DNA from: Candidatus Dojkabacteria bacterium | Lineage (GTDB): Bacteria; Patescibacteriota; Dojkabacteria; SC72; T1SED10-24 | Reading direction: 5' to 3' | DNA: 64,000 bases | Assembly (NCBI GenBank): GCA_003554185.1 | Contig: PWFU01000029.1 | Coordinates: 298 to 64,297 of the forward strand | Part shown: piece by piece, positions 42,380 to 52,732 of the stretch | How positions within the stretch are numbered: the first letter of the stretch is position 1 | How the letters are laid out: each line of letters opens with the position of its first letter | The notes under the pieces: generated by a model | The model's input: the letters and a program-made list of their open reading frames with translations, nothing else | The model's database searches: none | What the model was told of the DNA's origin: nothing | Program-made: the position numbers and the translations under genes

Positions 42380-43214
42380 TCTTAACTTTGAGAGGCTTAT
42401 TGATATTAATTGTTACAGATTTTCCTTTGTTCATTAAAACACTCTTTTGACTATCCCCTGGCTTCTTCTCTACAAAAATAAAATAGATAGTCATTACTAC
42501 ACCAGCAATATTCATTAATACAAGATTTATTTGATCTATAAGAGTTATTTCATGTAATAAAAACAGCCGCGTTATTATAGCAAAAGAAACAAAGACAAAA
42601 ATAATAGTCAAGAGATGCACTACGCCATTTAATAGATCTACATTGTAATCTTCTCTTTTCTGAAAAATTGTTCTTAAAAGCCAAATAATTCCCAAGAAAA
42701 CTACAATTATTAAAGCCACAACTAAACCACCGTAAAGAACCTCAGGAAATCTCATTAAAGCACCATAAACTATCAAAGTAATACAAAGAAAGGCTTGTGC
42801 AGAAATAATAACAGGAAAAAACATCTCACGCCATTTCCATTTTTTAAAATAAATACTATATACAAAAGCAAATATCAGATAAGCTGTAAAAACACTTGTA
42901 AAGAGAAAACCACCATCAAAAATATCAAAAAAGCGCCACGGGAGTAATCTAAACAGAAAAATCTCATCACCATAACGCTCATAAGGTACAATAGACCACA
43001 CTAAACCACTAAAAAGATGCCAATTAACTATAATAAAAGATATCCTCGCCCATAACATTGAAAATACAACTGTCAGAAGCCACATATCAAAGATTGAGTT
43101 TCTATCTTTATGAGTATGCGATTCATACCAAAAAAGAAAAAGACTCACCAACAACCCAAACAAAAATAGTGGGAAAAAGCCTATACTAGCAATAATATTT
43201 ATTATATCTTCCAT
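42366..43214 (-). CDS. Divergent Lgt-like membrane protein
   Basis: WARISFII..W and FDIFDGGFLF resemble the Lgt N-half; adjacent to lspA. Confidence 0.5.
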   Translation of the reverse strand: MEDIINIIASIGFFPLFLFGLLVSLFLFWYESHTHKDRNSIFDMWLLTVVFSMLWARISFIIVNWHLFSGLVWSIVPYERYGDEIFLFRLLPWRFFDIFDGGFLFTSVFTAYLIFAFVYSIYFKKWKWREMFFPVIISAQAFLCITLIVYGALMRFPEVLYGGLVVALIIVVFLGIIWLLRTIFQKREDYNVDLLNGVVHLLTIIFVFVSFAIITRLFLLHEITLIDQINLVLMNIAGVVMTIYFIFVEKKPGDSQKSVLMNKGKSVTININKPLKVKNGDD

Positions 43215-43216
43215 AA

Positions 43217-43951
43217 CTACTTACCTTGCTTTTTTGTTGATTTTTTTCTACTTGTAGAAGCACTCTTTCTACCACGTTGTTTACTTGAAACTTTCTTTTT
43301 CTCACTTTTTTCGTCCGACATTTTTTCCTTCTCTATAACATTGTCTCCTTCCTGTAAAAATCTCTTAGCCTTTTGTATACAACTCGTCGAATTCTCTCCA
43401 ATAGAGCACACACGTTTAAAAACTTCTCTCATAGGTTGAGATTTTTCCCCCTCTTTTATATCTTCATACCTTTGATTAACTTCAAGTTCAATTTCATCTG
43501 AATCCCGAACAAAGCCACAATAAGCGCAAAATTTCCAATACTTTTCTATAAACTCACCACATTTACTACATTGAGCCCTGAGATCCTTCCCACAACTGGG
43601 ACAATATATAAAATTGGGTTCCAAAGAAAAGTTACAATCTGCACAATTAATTAAACCATATGTTTCAAATTCTAAATACTTTTTTTCAAGTTCTTGCCAA
43701 TAACGTTCTTCATAAGACTGCTCAGGTCTTATTAAGAAATATACTATCAACCCAAGAATATTGAGACATAAGACCAAGAGCACGCTAAATACTCTAAAAA
43801 CAATTTTATTAGATCGATCTGTAGCATCAAACCAAACCCAAACAACAATAAACACCCAAAAGACAGCAAAAAGCGCGAAGAACACTCTCACTATGAGGGA
43901 AAAATCTAAATTACCTACAAAATTCACGAAATCTAAGATAAATTCTTCCAT
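43217..43951 (-). CDS. Membrane protein with a double zinc ribbon
   Basis: WVWFDA...LIVYFLIRP followed by four CxxC pairs. Confidence 0.85.
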   Translation of the reverse strand: MEEFILDFVNFVGNLDFSLIVRVFFALFAVFWVFIVVWVWFDATDRSNKIVFRVFSVLLVLCLNILGLIVYFLIRPEQSYEERYWQELEKKYLEFETYGLINCADCNFSLEPNFIYCPSCGKDLRAQCSKCGEFIEKYWKFCAYCGFVRDSDEIELEVNQRYEDIKEGEKSQPMREVFKRVCSIGENSTSCIQKAKRFLQEGDNVIEKEKMSDEKSEKKKVSSKQRGRKSASTSRKKSTKKQGK

Positions 43952-43979
43952 AGATAAAAGCCCCCAATCATCTTAAAAA

Positions 43980-44065
43980 TGGTCAAGGAGGGACTCGAAC
44001 CCTCACGCTACCTAAATAGCACGGGATTTTGAGTCCCGCGTGTCTGCCAATTCCACCACTTGACC
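43980..44065 (-). tRNA. tRNA-Leu(CAA), CCA not encoded
   Basis: GGTCAAG acceptor stem, GGAATTGGCAGAC D-loop, anticodon loop CT-CAA-AA, long variable arm, GGTTCGAGTCC T-arm. Confidence 0.95.
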
Positions 44066-44109
44066 TCTATAGTACAATTATAAATGAAAAAACGAGAATC
44101 ACAAAGTAA

Positions 44110-45432
44110 CTAAGATTCTTCTTTACCTTTGTGTAAATTTCTAAAACTAGCAATTTCTTTTACAAAGGCCAATTCTACTACTCCAGTAGGACCATTTCTG
44201 TGTTTTGCAACTATTAACTCCCCTATTCCTTTCTTCTCTGTATCGGGGTTATAAGTTTCTTCACGATCAATAAACATAACAACATCCGCATCTTGTTCTA
44301 TAGAACCAGATTCTCTTAAATCAGAGAGTTGAGGGCGTCTGGTATTTCTCTGTTCTATAGCACGAGAAAGCTGAGAAAGCGCGATCACTGGCACTTCCAA
44401 CTCTCTAGCTATATTCTTTAATCCCTGAGATATCTCTTGAACTTCCAAAACCCTATTCTCTTTATTTAAACCTTGCATTAATTGTAAATAATCTACAATA
44501 ATTAAATCTACTCCGTGTTCGAGCATCATTCTTCTAGCCTTTGTGCGTATTTCTATAATTGATTGCCCTGGTTTATCATCTATAAACATTTCTGCATCAG
44601 CAAGTTGCCCCATTGCATCAGCTAACTTAACAAATTTTTCATCATTCATTTTACCAGTACGTATATCCCAAAATGGAACCATTGCTTGCATTCCAAGTAA
44701 CCTATCAACCAGTTGAGTACTTGACATCTCTAAAGAAAATAATACTACTTTCTTCTTCTCTGTAATAGCAGCTGTTCTTAAAAAATCCAAAGCCAAAGCA
44801 GTTTTCCCCACAGAAGGTCTTGCAGCAAGAACTATAAGATCAGATTTTTGAAAACCACCCAACAAAGCATCAAGATCCTTAAAGCCCGAGGATGTCCCCA
44901 AAAATGCCTCATCTCTATCCGCTCTCTCTGCTCTTTCATATGCATTTTTGAGTAAATCTTTGATATGAATAAAATTGCTACTAACACCTTGTTGAGCAAT
45001 ATTAAACAAAATTCTCTCAGAATTATCTAACACCGCATCCAAACCTAAGTCTTCATTAAAACTCAATTCCGTAATTTCAGCAGATGCAGATATCAGAGAC
45101 CTCCTTACATAAGCGTCTTTAACTATTTTGGCATACTCCTCAGCATGTGCAGAAGTAGGTACAAAAGACAACAAATCTGATAAGTATTTCCTCCCTCCAA
45201 TTTTAGTTAAGTTTTTCTTCTTCTTAAGAAGATTAGACATTGTCACCAAGTCAACAGGCATCCCGGATTCAAACAACTCCATAATTACTTGATAAATAAT
45301 TGCATGCTTGGGATCATAAAAATATTCAGCCCTTAAAACAGGAGACACATTTATAATAGCCTCCTTATCCAAAAGCATCGATCCTAAAACTGATTGCTCA
45401 GCCTCTATGTTTTTCGGTGGAGTTTTTTCCAT
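44110..45432 (-). CDS. dnaB: Replicative DNA helicase
   Basis: EAEQSVLG, AARPSVGKT, FSLEMS, VDYLQL, LSQLSR, DLRESGSIEQDAD, KHRNGPTG. Confidence 0.97.
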   Translation of the reverse strand: MEKTPPKNIEAEQSVLGSMLLDKEAIINVSPVLRAEYFYDPKHAIIYQVIMELFESGMPVDLVTMSNLLKKKKNLTKIGGRKYLSDLLSFVPTSAHAEEYAKIVKDAYVRRSLISASAEITELSFNEDLGLDAVLDNSERILFNIAQQGVSSNFIHIKDLLKNAYERAERADRDEAFLGTSSGFKDLDALLGGFQKSDLIVLAARPSVGKTALALDFLRTAAITEKKKVVLFSLEMSSTQLVDRLLGMQAMVPFWDIRTGKMNDEKFVKLADAMGQLADAEMFIDDKPGQSIIEIRTKARRMMLEHGVDLIIVDYLQLMQGLNKENRVLEVQEISQGLKNIARELEVPVIALSQLSRAIEQRNTRRPQLSDLRESGSIEQDADVVMFIDREETYNPDTEKKGIGELIVAKHRNGPTGVVELAFVKEIASFRNLHKGKEES

Positions 45433-45456
45433 TTAGCAATTTTAACAATTTAAAAA

Positions 45457-46089
45457 CTACTCTAATATTACTACATCCATATTTCTAACCTCCTTATCTA
45501 CTCCCCCAGAGACATTAATACTTTTTTCGTATCTCACATTAGTATAACCTGCCTGTTTGAGAAACTCCTGAACAGTTTTTAAATCGCCCCCTGCTTTCAT
45601 ATCATCCGTTTTATACCCAGAAGGAATTAAAACAAGCGGATCCACCTTATTTACAATCTTAACCACATCACCAAATTCTGGGAAATTTGCACCATCTCCT
45701 ACTGGAATAATCAGAACATCAACATCTCCTAAATTTTTAAAATCATCAACTTTCACCTCTTTGGAAATATATCCGATGTATAATATTCTTAGATCATCTT
45801 CATCTAAAATATAAACGTTGGAATCTATACCCCTTCTAATCATTAAGCCTCCCAGTTCATACTCTCCAGGAGCCTTAATATGTAACACTCGGTCCTTCCG
45901 AGAAGGTGTAAACAAGCTCTCGGCCTTTTCCATACTTTTCTCATCCAAATTTTTAGAGTATATAACAGCGTCGGTTTTTTTCTTAGGAACTTTAAGACCA
46001 ATATCTTCCAAAGATAAAGGGTCCGTCAACATATTCAAATGATCAAAAGATAGTAAAAAAGATAAATACCCCAAGCTTTCTATTTTCAT
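45457..46089 (-). CDS. Degenerate MBL-fold protein
   Basis: LTDP, APGEYELGG, LGDVDVLIIPVG, PLVLIP; metal-binding His motifs absent. Confidence 0.7.
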   Translation of the reverse strand: MKIESLGYLSFLLSFDHLNMLTDPLSLEDIGLKVPKKKTDAVIYSKNLDEKSMEKAESLFTPSRKDRVLHIKAPGEYELGGLMIRRGIDSNVYILDEDDLRILYIGYISKEVKVDDFKNLGDVDVLIIPVGDGANFPEFGDVVKIVNKVDPLVLIPSGYKTDDMKAGGDLKTVQEFLKQAGYTNVRYEKSINVSGGVDKEVRNMDVVILE

Positions 46090-46158
46090 AAACAAAAAAA
46101 TCAAATTATCTACCCCTTATGATAACATATCTAGGTACATACCTTCTACACAAAAAAA

Positions 46159-46698
46159 CTAAAATAAATTCACATATCTACCTTCTACAACAAACCTATC
46201 CCTATTCCCCCAAGGAGGATAACATGTATATATTCTTAAGGTTTTTTCTTGATGATTAAAATCTTCAATACCAGTATTATACCTATTCGTTACAAAAAAA
46301 TCATAAATTTCAAATACAAAGATTTTAGAATCAAAATAAACGTATACATGATCTCCAGTTTCAACATCTTCTAGGTTATAAAACACACCTGCCCTAAGCG
46401 GATATAAATGGAAATTATGTCCAGTGAACAAAAAATTCTTTTTATACAAATCAAAATATTTTAACCAAACACCATCCTCTAAACAATCTTTACCATTTTT
46501 TTCACATAAGGTAGATTCCAATAAAATCGCAGGGATCTGGATGTAATTTACCTCCCCTTCCTCTATTTCATAAATATCATTTAAATTAGTTTTTGTATTT
46601 TCAATCTCTTGAAATTCTGCAAAGAGAAAGAAAAAAAACATCGTTAAAAAAAACACCTTCAATATAAACAAAGCTTGACTATAAATAAAGTAAAACAT
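46159..46698 (-). CDS. Second sortase-family protein (start uncertain)
   Basis: IQIPAI, TGHNF, FYNLEDVETGD, IYTCYPPWGNRDRFVV. Confidence 0.85.
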   Translation of the reverse strand: MFYFIYSQALFILKVFFLTMFFFFLFAEFQEIENTKTNLNDIYEIEEGEVNYIQIPAILLESTLCEKNGKDCLEDGVWLKYFDLYKKNFLFTGHNFHLYPLRAGVFYNLEDVETGDHVYVYFDSKIFVFEIYDFFVTNRYNTGIEDFNHQEKTLRIYTCYPPWGNRDRFVVEGRYVNLF

Positions 46699-46703
46699 AT
46701 AAT
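46675..46703 (+). promoter_or_regulatory. Sigma70 promoter of rpmE-prfA-prmC
   Basis: TTGACT-N17-TATAAT, 9 nt before the ATG. Confidence 0.75.
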
Positions 46704-46712
46704 CAGGGCGTT

Positions 46713-47039
46713 ATGAAAAATGATATCCATCCACAATATTACAAACAAGTAAAAACTGTATGTTCATCTTGTTCTACAGAACACGTCGTGGGATCTACCG
46801 TTGAAAGTATATCAACCGAGATCTGTTCAAATTGTCACCCTTTTTACACGGGAGTAGAAAGGATTGTAGATACAGAGAACTTGGTAGCAAAATTTAAAGA
46901 ACGACAGAATAAAGCAAAGCCTTCTTTCAGTTCCAAAAAGTCTAAAATGGAAGCTAAGAAAAAGAAAAAGAAAACTACTAGTAAAGAAAAGGAACCTCTC
47001 ACTCTAAAAGACATGCTTTCTTCTATAGAAAAAAAATAG
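46713..47039 (+). CDS. rpmE: 50S ribosomal protein L31 (Zn-binding type, basic C-terminal extension)
   Basis: MKNDIHPQY, CSSC, CSNCHPFYTG. Confidence 0.95.
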   Translation: MKNDIHPQYYKQVKTVCSSCSTEHVVGSTVESISTEICSNCHPFYTGVERIVDTENLVAKFKERQNKAKPSFSSKKSKMEAKKKKKKTTSKEKEPLTLKDMLSSIEKK

Positions 47040-47084
47040 ATAGTTCATCTTAGCATTGCTCAGTTACATTTTTCCTTTGATTTT

Positions 47085-48191
47085 ATGAATTTTGAAGAAC
47101 TTAAGAAAAAATACAATCTTAAGAAAATACAAAAAGAAAAAGAAGATTTAGAGGCAGAAATTATTAAACAAACCTCTGGAGAAACAAAGAAAGATATTGG
47201 AAAATTATCCGCTGATTTAGAAAAAAAAGACAGAATTTTCAAAAAAGTATCAGAGCTCCATAATAAAATAGATGCTCATCAACAAACATTAGAAGTTTTA
47301 AATAGCAAGGATGATTATGAATATACTAAGATCGCTCAAGAAGAAAAGCTATCTTTAGAAAACCAAATACAAGAACTAGAAAAAGAACTTAAAAGCGATC
47401 TTTACTCAGATATTTTGTCAGATCCAGACGACCAACGGTCAATAATTATGGAAATTAGAGCAGGAGCGGGTGGCGACGAAGCTTCTCTTTTTGTAGATGA
47501 TCTATTCAGAATGTATTCTCAATACGCTTCCACGAAAAAATGGGATATAGAAATTATAGATTCTACACCTAATAGCGAAGGTGGATCTAAAGAAATAATT
47601 GCAAGAATTATAGGAAAAGACGTTTTTAAAAAATTAAAGTATGAGAGTGGTGTTCATAGAGTACAAAGGATACCAAGTACCGAATCTTCAGGTCGAATAC
47701 ACACTTCAACCGTTTCAGTGGCAGTATTACCAGAAGTAAAAGATGTGGATATAAATATAAGACCTGAGGATATCAAAGTAGATGTCATGAGATCATCCGG
47801 AGCTGGTGGTCAATCGGTCAACAAAATAGATTCTGCAGTTAGAATAACCCATCTACCCACAAACATAGTAGTTAGTTGTCAGGAAACTAAGTTTCAGCAA
47901 CAAAACAAAGAGAAGGCTATGAACATTTTAAAATCAAAACTCTACGAACAAGAAAAAGAAAAAGAACGAGAAAAGAGATCATCTCTCAGGCTAGCTCAAA
48001 TTGGTTCAGCTATGAGAGCTGAGAAAATCAGAACATACAACTATCCTCAAACTAGAATTACTGATCACAGAACAAAACAATCCTGGTATAACCTTGAGGA
48101 GATATTAGATGGGAAATTAGATGGAATGCTGGATGAATTTCATACAAAAATGCGAAATTTGCAAATCGAAGAATTAGAAAAAAACACATGA
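47085..48191 (+). CDS. prfA: Peptide chain release factor 1
   Basis: EIRAGAGGDEA, ESGVHRVQRIPST (PxT), GAGGQ, IRTYNYPQ. Confidence 0.96.
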   Translation: MNFEELKKKYNLKKIQKEKEDLEAEIIKQTSGETKKDIGKLSADLEKKDRIFKKVSELHNKIDAHQQTLEVLNSKDDYEYTKIAQEEKLSLENQIQELEKELKSDLYSDILSDPDDQRSIIMEIRAGAGGDEASLFVDDLFRMYSQYASTKKWDIEIIDSTPNSEGGSKEIIARIIGKDVFKKLKYESGVHRVQRIPSTESSGRIHTSTVSVAVLPEVKDVDINIRPEDIKVDVMRSSGAGGQSVNKIDSAVRITHLPTNIVVSCQETKFQQQNKEKAMNILKSKLYEQEKEKEREKRSSLRLAQIGSAMRAEKIRTYNYPQTRITDHRTKQSWYNLEEILDGKLDGMLDEFHTKMRNLQIEELEKNT

Positions 48192-48955
48192 ATCATCCTT
48201 TAATTATAGAAATCTCTAGAAAAATTAAACACCCTACTCCCTTACCTATTGCGAAGGAAATACTGGAATATTGTGAAGGAGATGAACAAAAGGTTAATGA
48301 AATAATTAGTAGAATTTCCAAAGACGAACCATGGGAATATATTTGGGGGTATATTCAATTTTTAAATCATAAGATATGTTTAAACAACGACGTCCTCATC
48401 CCAAGATGGGAGACTGCTGAACTAGTCAATATAGCTGTATCGGAAATTAAAAATCTAAGTTTTAATTTTCAAATTATTGAAATCGGAACTGGAAGTGGAT
48501 GTATAGCCATTGCAATGAGTAAAGCTCTAAAGAAAGAGATTATAGCGACAGACATCAACCCTAAAGCTCTAGAAATAGCCAAAAAGAATGTTGCACTTAA
48601 TAATGCAAGGGTAAATTTAATTCAAGCAAATCTCCTAGATTTTGACATAGAAACTGATAAACCAACAGTTATTATTGCTAACTTACCATATATTCCCACT
48701 CAAGAAATACCAAACCTAGAAAAATCTGTTAAACAATATGAGCCCAAACAAGCGCTAGACGGAGGACACGATGAGGGAACTAACTATTACATTAGATTGT
48801 TAGATGATATAGAAAGAAAAAATCTGAACTTATACAAAGGATTCTTCGAGATAGACAAAAAAAATATTAAAAAGCTAAAAGAAAAGATACAAGCATATCC
48901 ACATAATATTCAAAAAGATCAAGCAAACAAAGAGAGATTTTTGATTTTAGGCTAG
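48188..48955 (+). CDS. prmC: Release factor glutamine methyltransferase
   Basis: VLIPRWET, EIGTGSGCI, ANLPY, YEPKQALDGG. Confidence 0.93.
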   Translation: MNHPLIIEISRKIKHPTPLPIAKEILEYCEGDEQKVNEIISRISKDEPWEYIWGYIQFLNHKICLNNDVLIPRWETAELVNIAVSEIKNLSFNFQIIEIGTGSGCIAIAMSKALKKEIIATDINPKALEIAKKNVALNNARVNLIQANLLDFDIETDKPTVIIANLPYIPTQEIPNLEKSVKQYEPKQALDGGHDEGTNYYIRLLDDIERKNLNLYKGFFEIDKKNIKKLKEKIQAYPHNIQKDQANKERFLILG

Positions 48956-50277
48956 TCCATTTCTTCCAAGGTTGCAGTCAAATTCTTCTCTTCACCATCA
49001 CGCCAAACCTCCATTTCGATTTCTTGCCCTACTTCTTTTCGCTGAATTACGTCTGCAAAAGACCTTCCTACCTCTTCACCGTCAACTTTTGTAATAATAT
49101 CAAGACGCTCTAGACCCGCCTTGTCTGCTGGACTATCCGACTCCACCCTTCTTATTAGAGCTCCAGCAGGTAAATCGTCATAATACATAGCTTCAAACTC
49201 AGAGATCATTTGATATTCTATACCTAGATACGGACGAATAAATTTCCCATATGTTCTGTACTCATCAACTCTATCTCGAACACTATTTATCGGTAATGCA
49301 AAAGAAATGTTCTCAGCACCCTGTGTAGTCGCGAAATTCACACCAATCACATCACCTTTGGAATCCAAGAGTGGACCACCAGAATTACCTGGATTTACTG
49401 CAGCATCTGTTTGAATAACATCTTCATAAGTTTTAGCCATACCCCAAAAACCTTGCTCTCTCGCAGTTACAGAACGCTCTAAACCACTTATCACCCCCTG
49501 TGTAACACTCCCAGCATATTCACCTAAAGGGGTCCCTATAGCTATTGCCAGCTGTCCTCTTACTAGATCATCAGAATCTCCCATAGTTAACTTAGGTAAA
49601 TCATCTGCATCAACATTTAATAAAGCTATATCATTTGTGTGATCCCTAAGAATTTCCTCTATCTCGTATTCTTCTCCGTCCTCTGCAATCACTTTATACT
49701 CATCTCCAGTACCAGATACTACATGCTGATTCGTAATAATTATCCCACTAGAATCAACAATAAATCCTGAACCTACATTAGCCATCCTATCTCTAATACC
49801 TTCATCTGGATCAAAGTCTATTTGAGAAACAGCTATACTAACAACAGCATCTTTTGAATTTTCAACAACATCAATAATTGCACTTTCTTCAGATTCAACT
49901 ATGATTCTTCTTCGATCTTCAACGTCCTGTAAATCCGAAACAACATGGATATCTTTTAGAAGATCTTCCTTTAATACTCCATGATCTATAAGCAATAAAG
50001 TCAAAATTCCACCCAAGGTTAATAAAATGAGTACTAAAACAAGATAAAGAAAAAAACGAGGTCTGGTATTCTTACATCGTGGATCTTCATAATCCAATTT
50101 CTTTTCATTTGCATTAGATTTCTCAGGGCCTCCAGCAGGTACACTATCTTCGACTTCTCCTACTTTCTCACCTTTTTTGTTTCTAACTTCACACCCATAT
50201 TGAACAAATTTAGAATCCTTACCCTCCTTTTCTACATTAGATTTTTTGTTAGACTCTTTCTGTTTTTTTTCAGACAT
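48952..50277 (-). CDS. HtrA/DegP-like serine protease with PDZ domain
   Basis: GSGFIV, TNQHV, DIAL, QTDAAVNPGNSGGPL, C-terminal PDZ. Confidence 0.95.
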   Translation of the reverse strand: MSEKKQKESNKKSNVEKEGKDSKFVQYGCEVRNKKGEKVGEVEDSVPAGGPEKSNANEKKLDYEDPRCKNTRPRFFLYLVLVLILLTLGGILTLLLIDHGVLKEDLLKDIHVVSDLQDVEDRRRIIVESEESAIIDVVENSKDAVVSIAVSQIDFDPDEGIRDRMANVGSGFIVDSSGIIITNQHVVSGTGDEYKVIAEDGEEYEIEEILRDHTNDIALLNVDADDLPKLTMGDSDDLVRGQLAIAIGTPLGEYAGSVTQGVISGLERSVTAREQGFWGMAKTYEDVIQTDAAVNPGNSGGPLLDSKGDVIGVNFATTQGAENISFALPINSVRDRVDEYRTYGKFIRPYLGIEYQMISEFEAMYYDDLPAGALIRRVESDSPADKAGLERLDIITKVDGEEVGRSFADVIQRKEVGQEIEMEVWRDGEEKNLTATLEEMD

Positions 50278-50314
50278 AAAACTCCTATTTAAAACTTACT
50301 TTCTTAGTATAAAA

Positions 50315-51604
50315 TCAATCTCTAAGCAAATCAAGAGCTTTCTCTAATTGCGGATCATCCCCTTCCTTGAAGTCTTCTTGTGTAAATTCAACTTCTTTAT
50401 CCGGTTCTATTACATTATCACTTTTAAGCCAAGAACCATCAGGCAAAAGCCACTTAATAACTGTTAGATGTAAACTACTACCATCTCTAAAATCTATCAT
50501 ATCTTGTGCCGTACCTTTACCATAAGTACTTTCACCAACAATTATTGCCCTCTCATTTTGTTGCAAAGCCCCAGCAAAAATTTCTGATGCAGAAGCAGAA
50601 CCCCGATCTACCAACACCACAACTTCTGTATCAAGCAAATTACCTTCGCGTGTTACAGTATATTCTTTCACATTACTTTGCCGATCTTCTTGCTTTGCAA
50701 TTACAGTTTCTCTTGGTAAAAATTCTTCTGCAGCATAAACACCACTATCAAAAAAACCACCAGGGTTTCCTCTCAAATCAATAATTAATTCGTTTTTACC
50801 TGTTTCTAAAAACTCTTCAATTGTTGAATCCCAAACAGAATTCCATACTTGTATATTACTTTCAGTGAAGCGAGATACATCAAGAATATGAATACCCGAA
50901 TCATCATCTTTAACTAATTCCATACTAGGCACGGTAATTTCACCTCGAGTAATTTCAATATCTCTGAGTTCACTTTCCCCTTCTCTCATAACCGTTAAAA
51001 TCACCTCTGTGCCCGCCTCCCCCCTTATTTTATCCACAACTTCATATATCGAATGGGACTGTTTAATTCGTACGTCATCCACTTTTACAATAGTATCTCT
51101 CGCTTGAACACCCGCTTCCTTAGCTGGTGAGCCTGCAATTGGTGCAATAACAATGATCGAACCTTCACTATAACCTAATTCGGCTCCAATACCTTCAAAA
51201 TACTCTCCCCTACTCTGTTTCTCAAACAGCTCTGATTCTTCGGGATCTAAAAAAACAGTGCCCGGATCCTCTAAAGAAGAAACAACTCCTTTCACAGCAC
51301 CATAGAACATCTTTTCTTCGTCAACAGCTTCTTCATCAACATATTTGTTCTCTATGGTATTCCAAACAGACCAAAACAGATCTTCATTAAACCCTTCTTT
51401 CACTTCTGCACTCCGTCTAAAACCACTAATAGCGTCCAGAGGGCCTCTAACAGAATCACCCTCATATTGTTCAAAAATTCTTCCTCCAACAAAACTCAAC
51501 ACAGAGAGACAAAATATCAGCAAAACAACACCCACATATCGAAAAAACTTACTTTCCTTATGGTCTTTTGAAGACAATGTACTGTAATCTATATCCTTCT
51601 TCAT
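50315..51604 (-). CDS. C-terminal processing protease (S41, CtpA-like)
   Basis: FEGIGA, PDZ, IDLRGNPGG, SASASEI, GESTYGKG. Confidence 0.95.
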   Translation of the reverse strand: MKKDIDYSTLSSKDHKESKFFRYVGVVLLIFCLSVLSFVGGRIFEQYEGDSVRGPLDAISGFRRSAEVKEGFNEDLFWSVWNTIENKYVDEEAVDEEKMFYGAVKGVVSSLEDPGTVFLDPEESELFEKQSRGEYFEGIGAELGYSEGSIIVIAPIAGSPAKEAGVQARDTIVKVDDVRIKQSHSIYEVVDKIRGEAGTEVILTVMREGESELRDIEITRGEITVPSMELVKDDDSGIHILDVSRFTESNIQVWNSVWDSTIEEFLETGKNELIIDLRGNPGGFFDSGVYAAEEFLPRETVIAKQEDRQSNVKEYTVTREGNLLDTEVVVLVDRGSASASEIFAGALQQNERAIIVGESTYGKGTAQDMIDFRDGSSLHLTVIKWLLPDGSWLKSDNVIEPDKEVEFTQEDFKEGDDPQLEKALDLLRD

Positions 51605-51652
51605 TGTAAACTAATTATATTAGCAAATAATTTATATCTCAAATTTCATATT

Positions 51653-52732
51653 TTAGTAAATTCCAAAACCTAAGATAGAAAAGTCTTCTTGACATATCTC
51701 CAAATTATCGACACTTATTAATAAGGTTGAGCCATTTTGCATTGCCACCTTCGCTTGTTCTTTACCATTTTCAAAAGAGATCACTTTTCCAACCATTCCA
51801 AAAGATTCTATCTCTAAGGATTTCACTATATCACCTACCTCCAGTTTTTTAAAGTAATTTTGCTTAATTAATTCAGAGAATTTGTTATTTAAACCAACCA
51901 AAATTTTCATTGAATTGGAATTAAAATCTATACAGACCTGATTACCCTCTAATTTCTGAAACACATCAAACAAAATCTCATCAAAACATATATTACCATA
52001 ACCTGTTAATAAGCCAGCCGGAAGTTTTAAATCAGTAAAGTGCATATAGTACATTGAACCTACTAATACGAATTTCGCACCTCTAGAAAACAATTCAGAT
52101 ATTATTTCAGGATATAGAAATCTGCCAGCAAAAACTATTTTATCTTCATAAGAATCTTTTAAATTCTTCGTAGATGGGATAGATTCAGCATCACCTAGGA
52201 CCTCAAATTCACCAAAAACAACTTCAGCAGATGTTAGGTATTTCTTTTTGTTAAAACTGCTAACAGCAAATAGAGGAATTATACAAACATCGCTTAATAC
52301 CGTCATACCTCTCCCCAAATTTATGTCTACAACATTTCCCGAAAACTTAGGTTTAAATACTTCAACCTCAGTTTCTGCCAAAATATCTACATATCCTGTA
52401 TCTATTCGAGAGAAGTCTACAATCCCCTCAGATTTAGAAAAAACACGTTTGGAAAATAGCCCTCCCGAAACCAACTTCTCAGCAATAACTTCGCCCTTGG
52501 TAATGTATTCACCCTCTATCCTACAAACATAATCTTTTGATTTTTCTTCTTTAATTTCTAATTCTTTTGATAAAGAATATGTTTCAACTATTTTCCTCTT
52601 TTCTATATTAAACAACTCCTCTCCCATCTTAAAGCTATTCCCTTCCTTTATATGGCAACTTGCCCTACCTTCGAAGGGTATCAAAACCTCTTCCCCGCTT
52701 ATATATTTTACACTTTTACTAATTAAATTCAT
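51653..52732 (-). CDS. Hypothetical protein with barrel-sandwich-hybrid-like repeats and a KOW-like C-terminus
   Basis: EGEYITKGEVIA..., LEVGDIVKSL...FGMVGKV; overlaps the upstream gene. Confidence 0.65.
   Translation of the reverse strand: MNLISKSVKYISGEEVLIPFEGRASCHIKEGNSFKMGEELFNIEKRKIVETYSLSKELEIKEEKSKDYVCRIEGEYITKGEVIAEKLVSGGLFSKRVFSKSEGIVDFSRIDTGYVDILAETEVEVFKPKFSGNVVDINLGRGMTVLSDVCIIPLFAVSSFNKKKYLTSAEVVFGEFEVLGDAESIPSTKNLKDSYEDKIVFAGRFLYPEIISELFSRGAKFVLVGSMYYMHFTDLKLPAGLLTGYGNICFDEILFDVFQKLEGNQVCIDFNSNSMKILVGLNNKFSELIKQNYFKKLEVGDIVKSLEIESFGMVGKVISFENGKEQAKVAMQNGSTLLISVDNLEICQEDFSILGFGIY

Noticed and set aside
43980..44065. tRNA-Leu as the integration site of an island mobilised by the tyrosine recombinase
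   Set aside because: I saw no duplicate of the tRNA 3' end, and the intervening genes are housekeeping (ruvABC, yebC, lspA).
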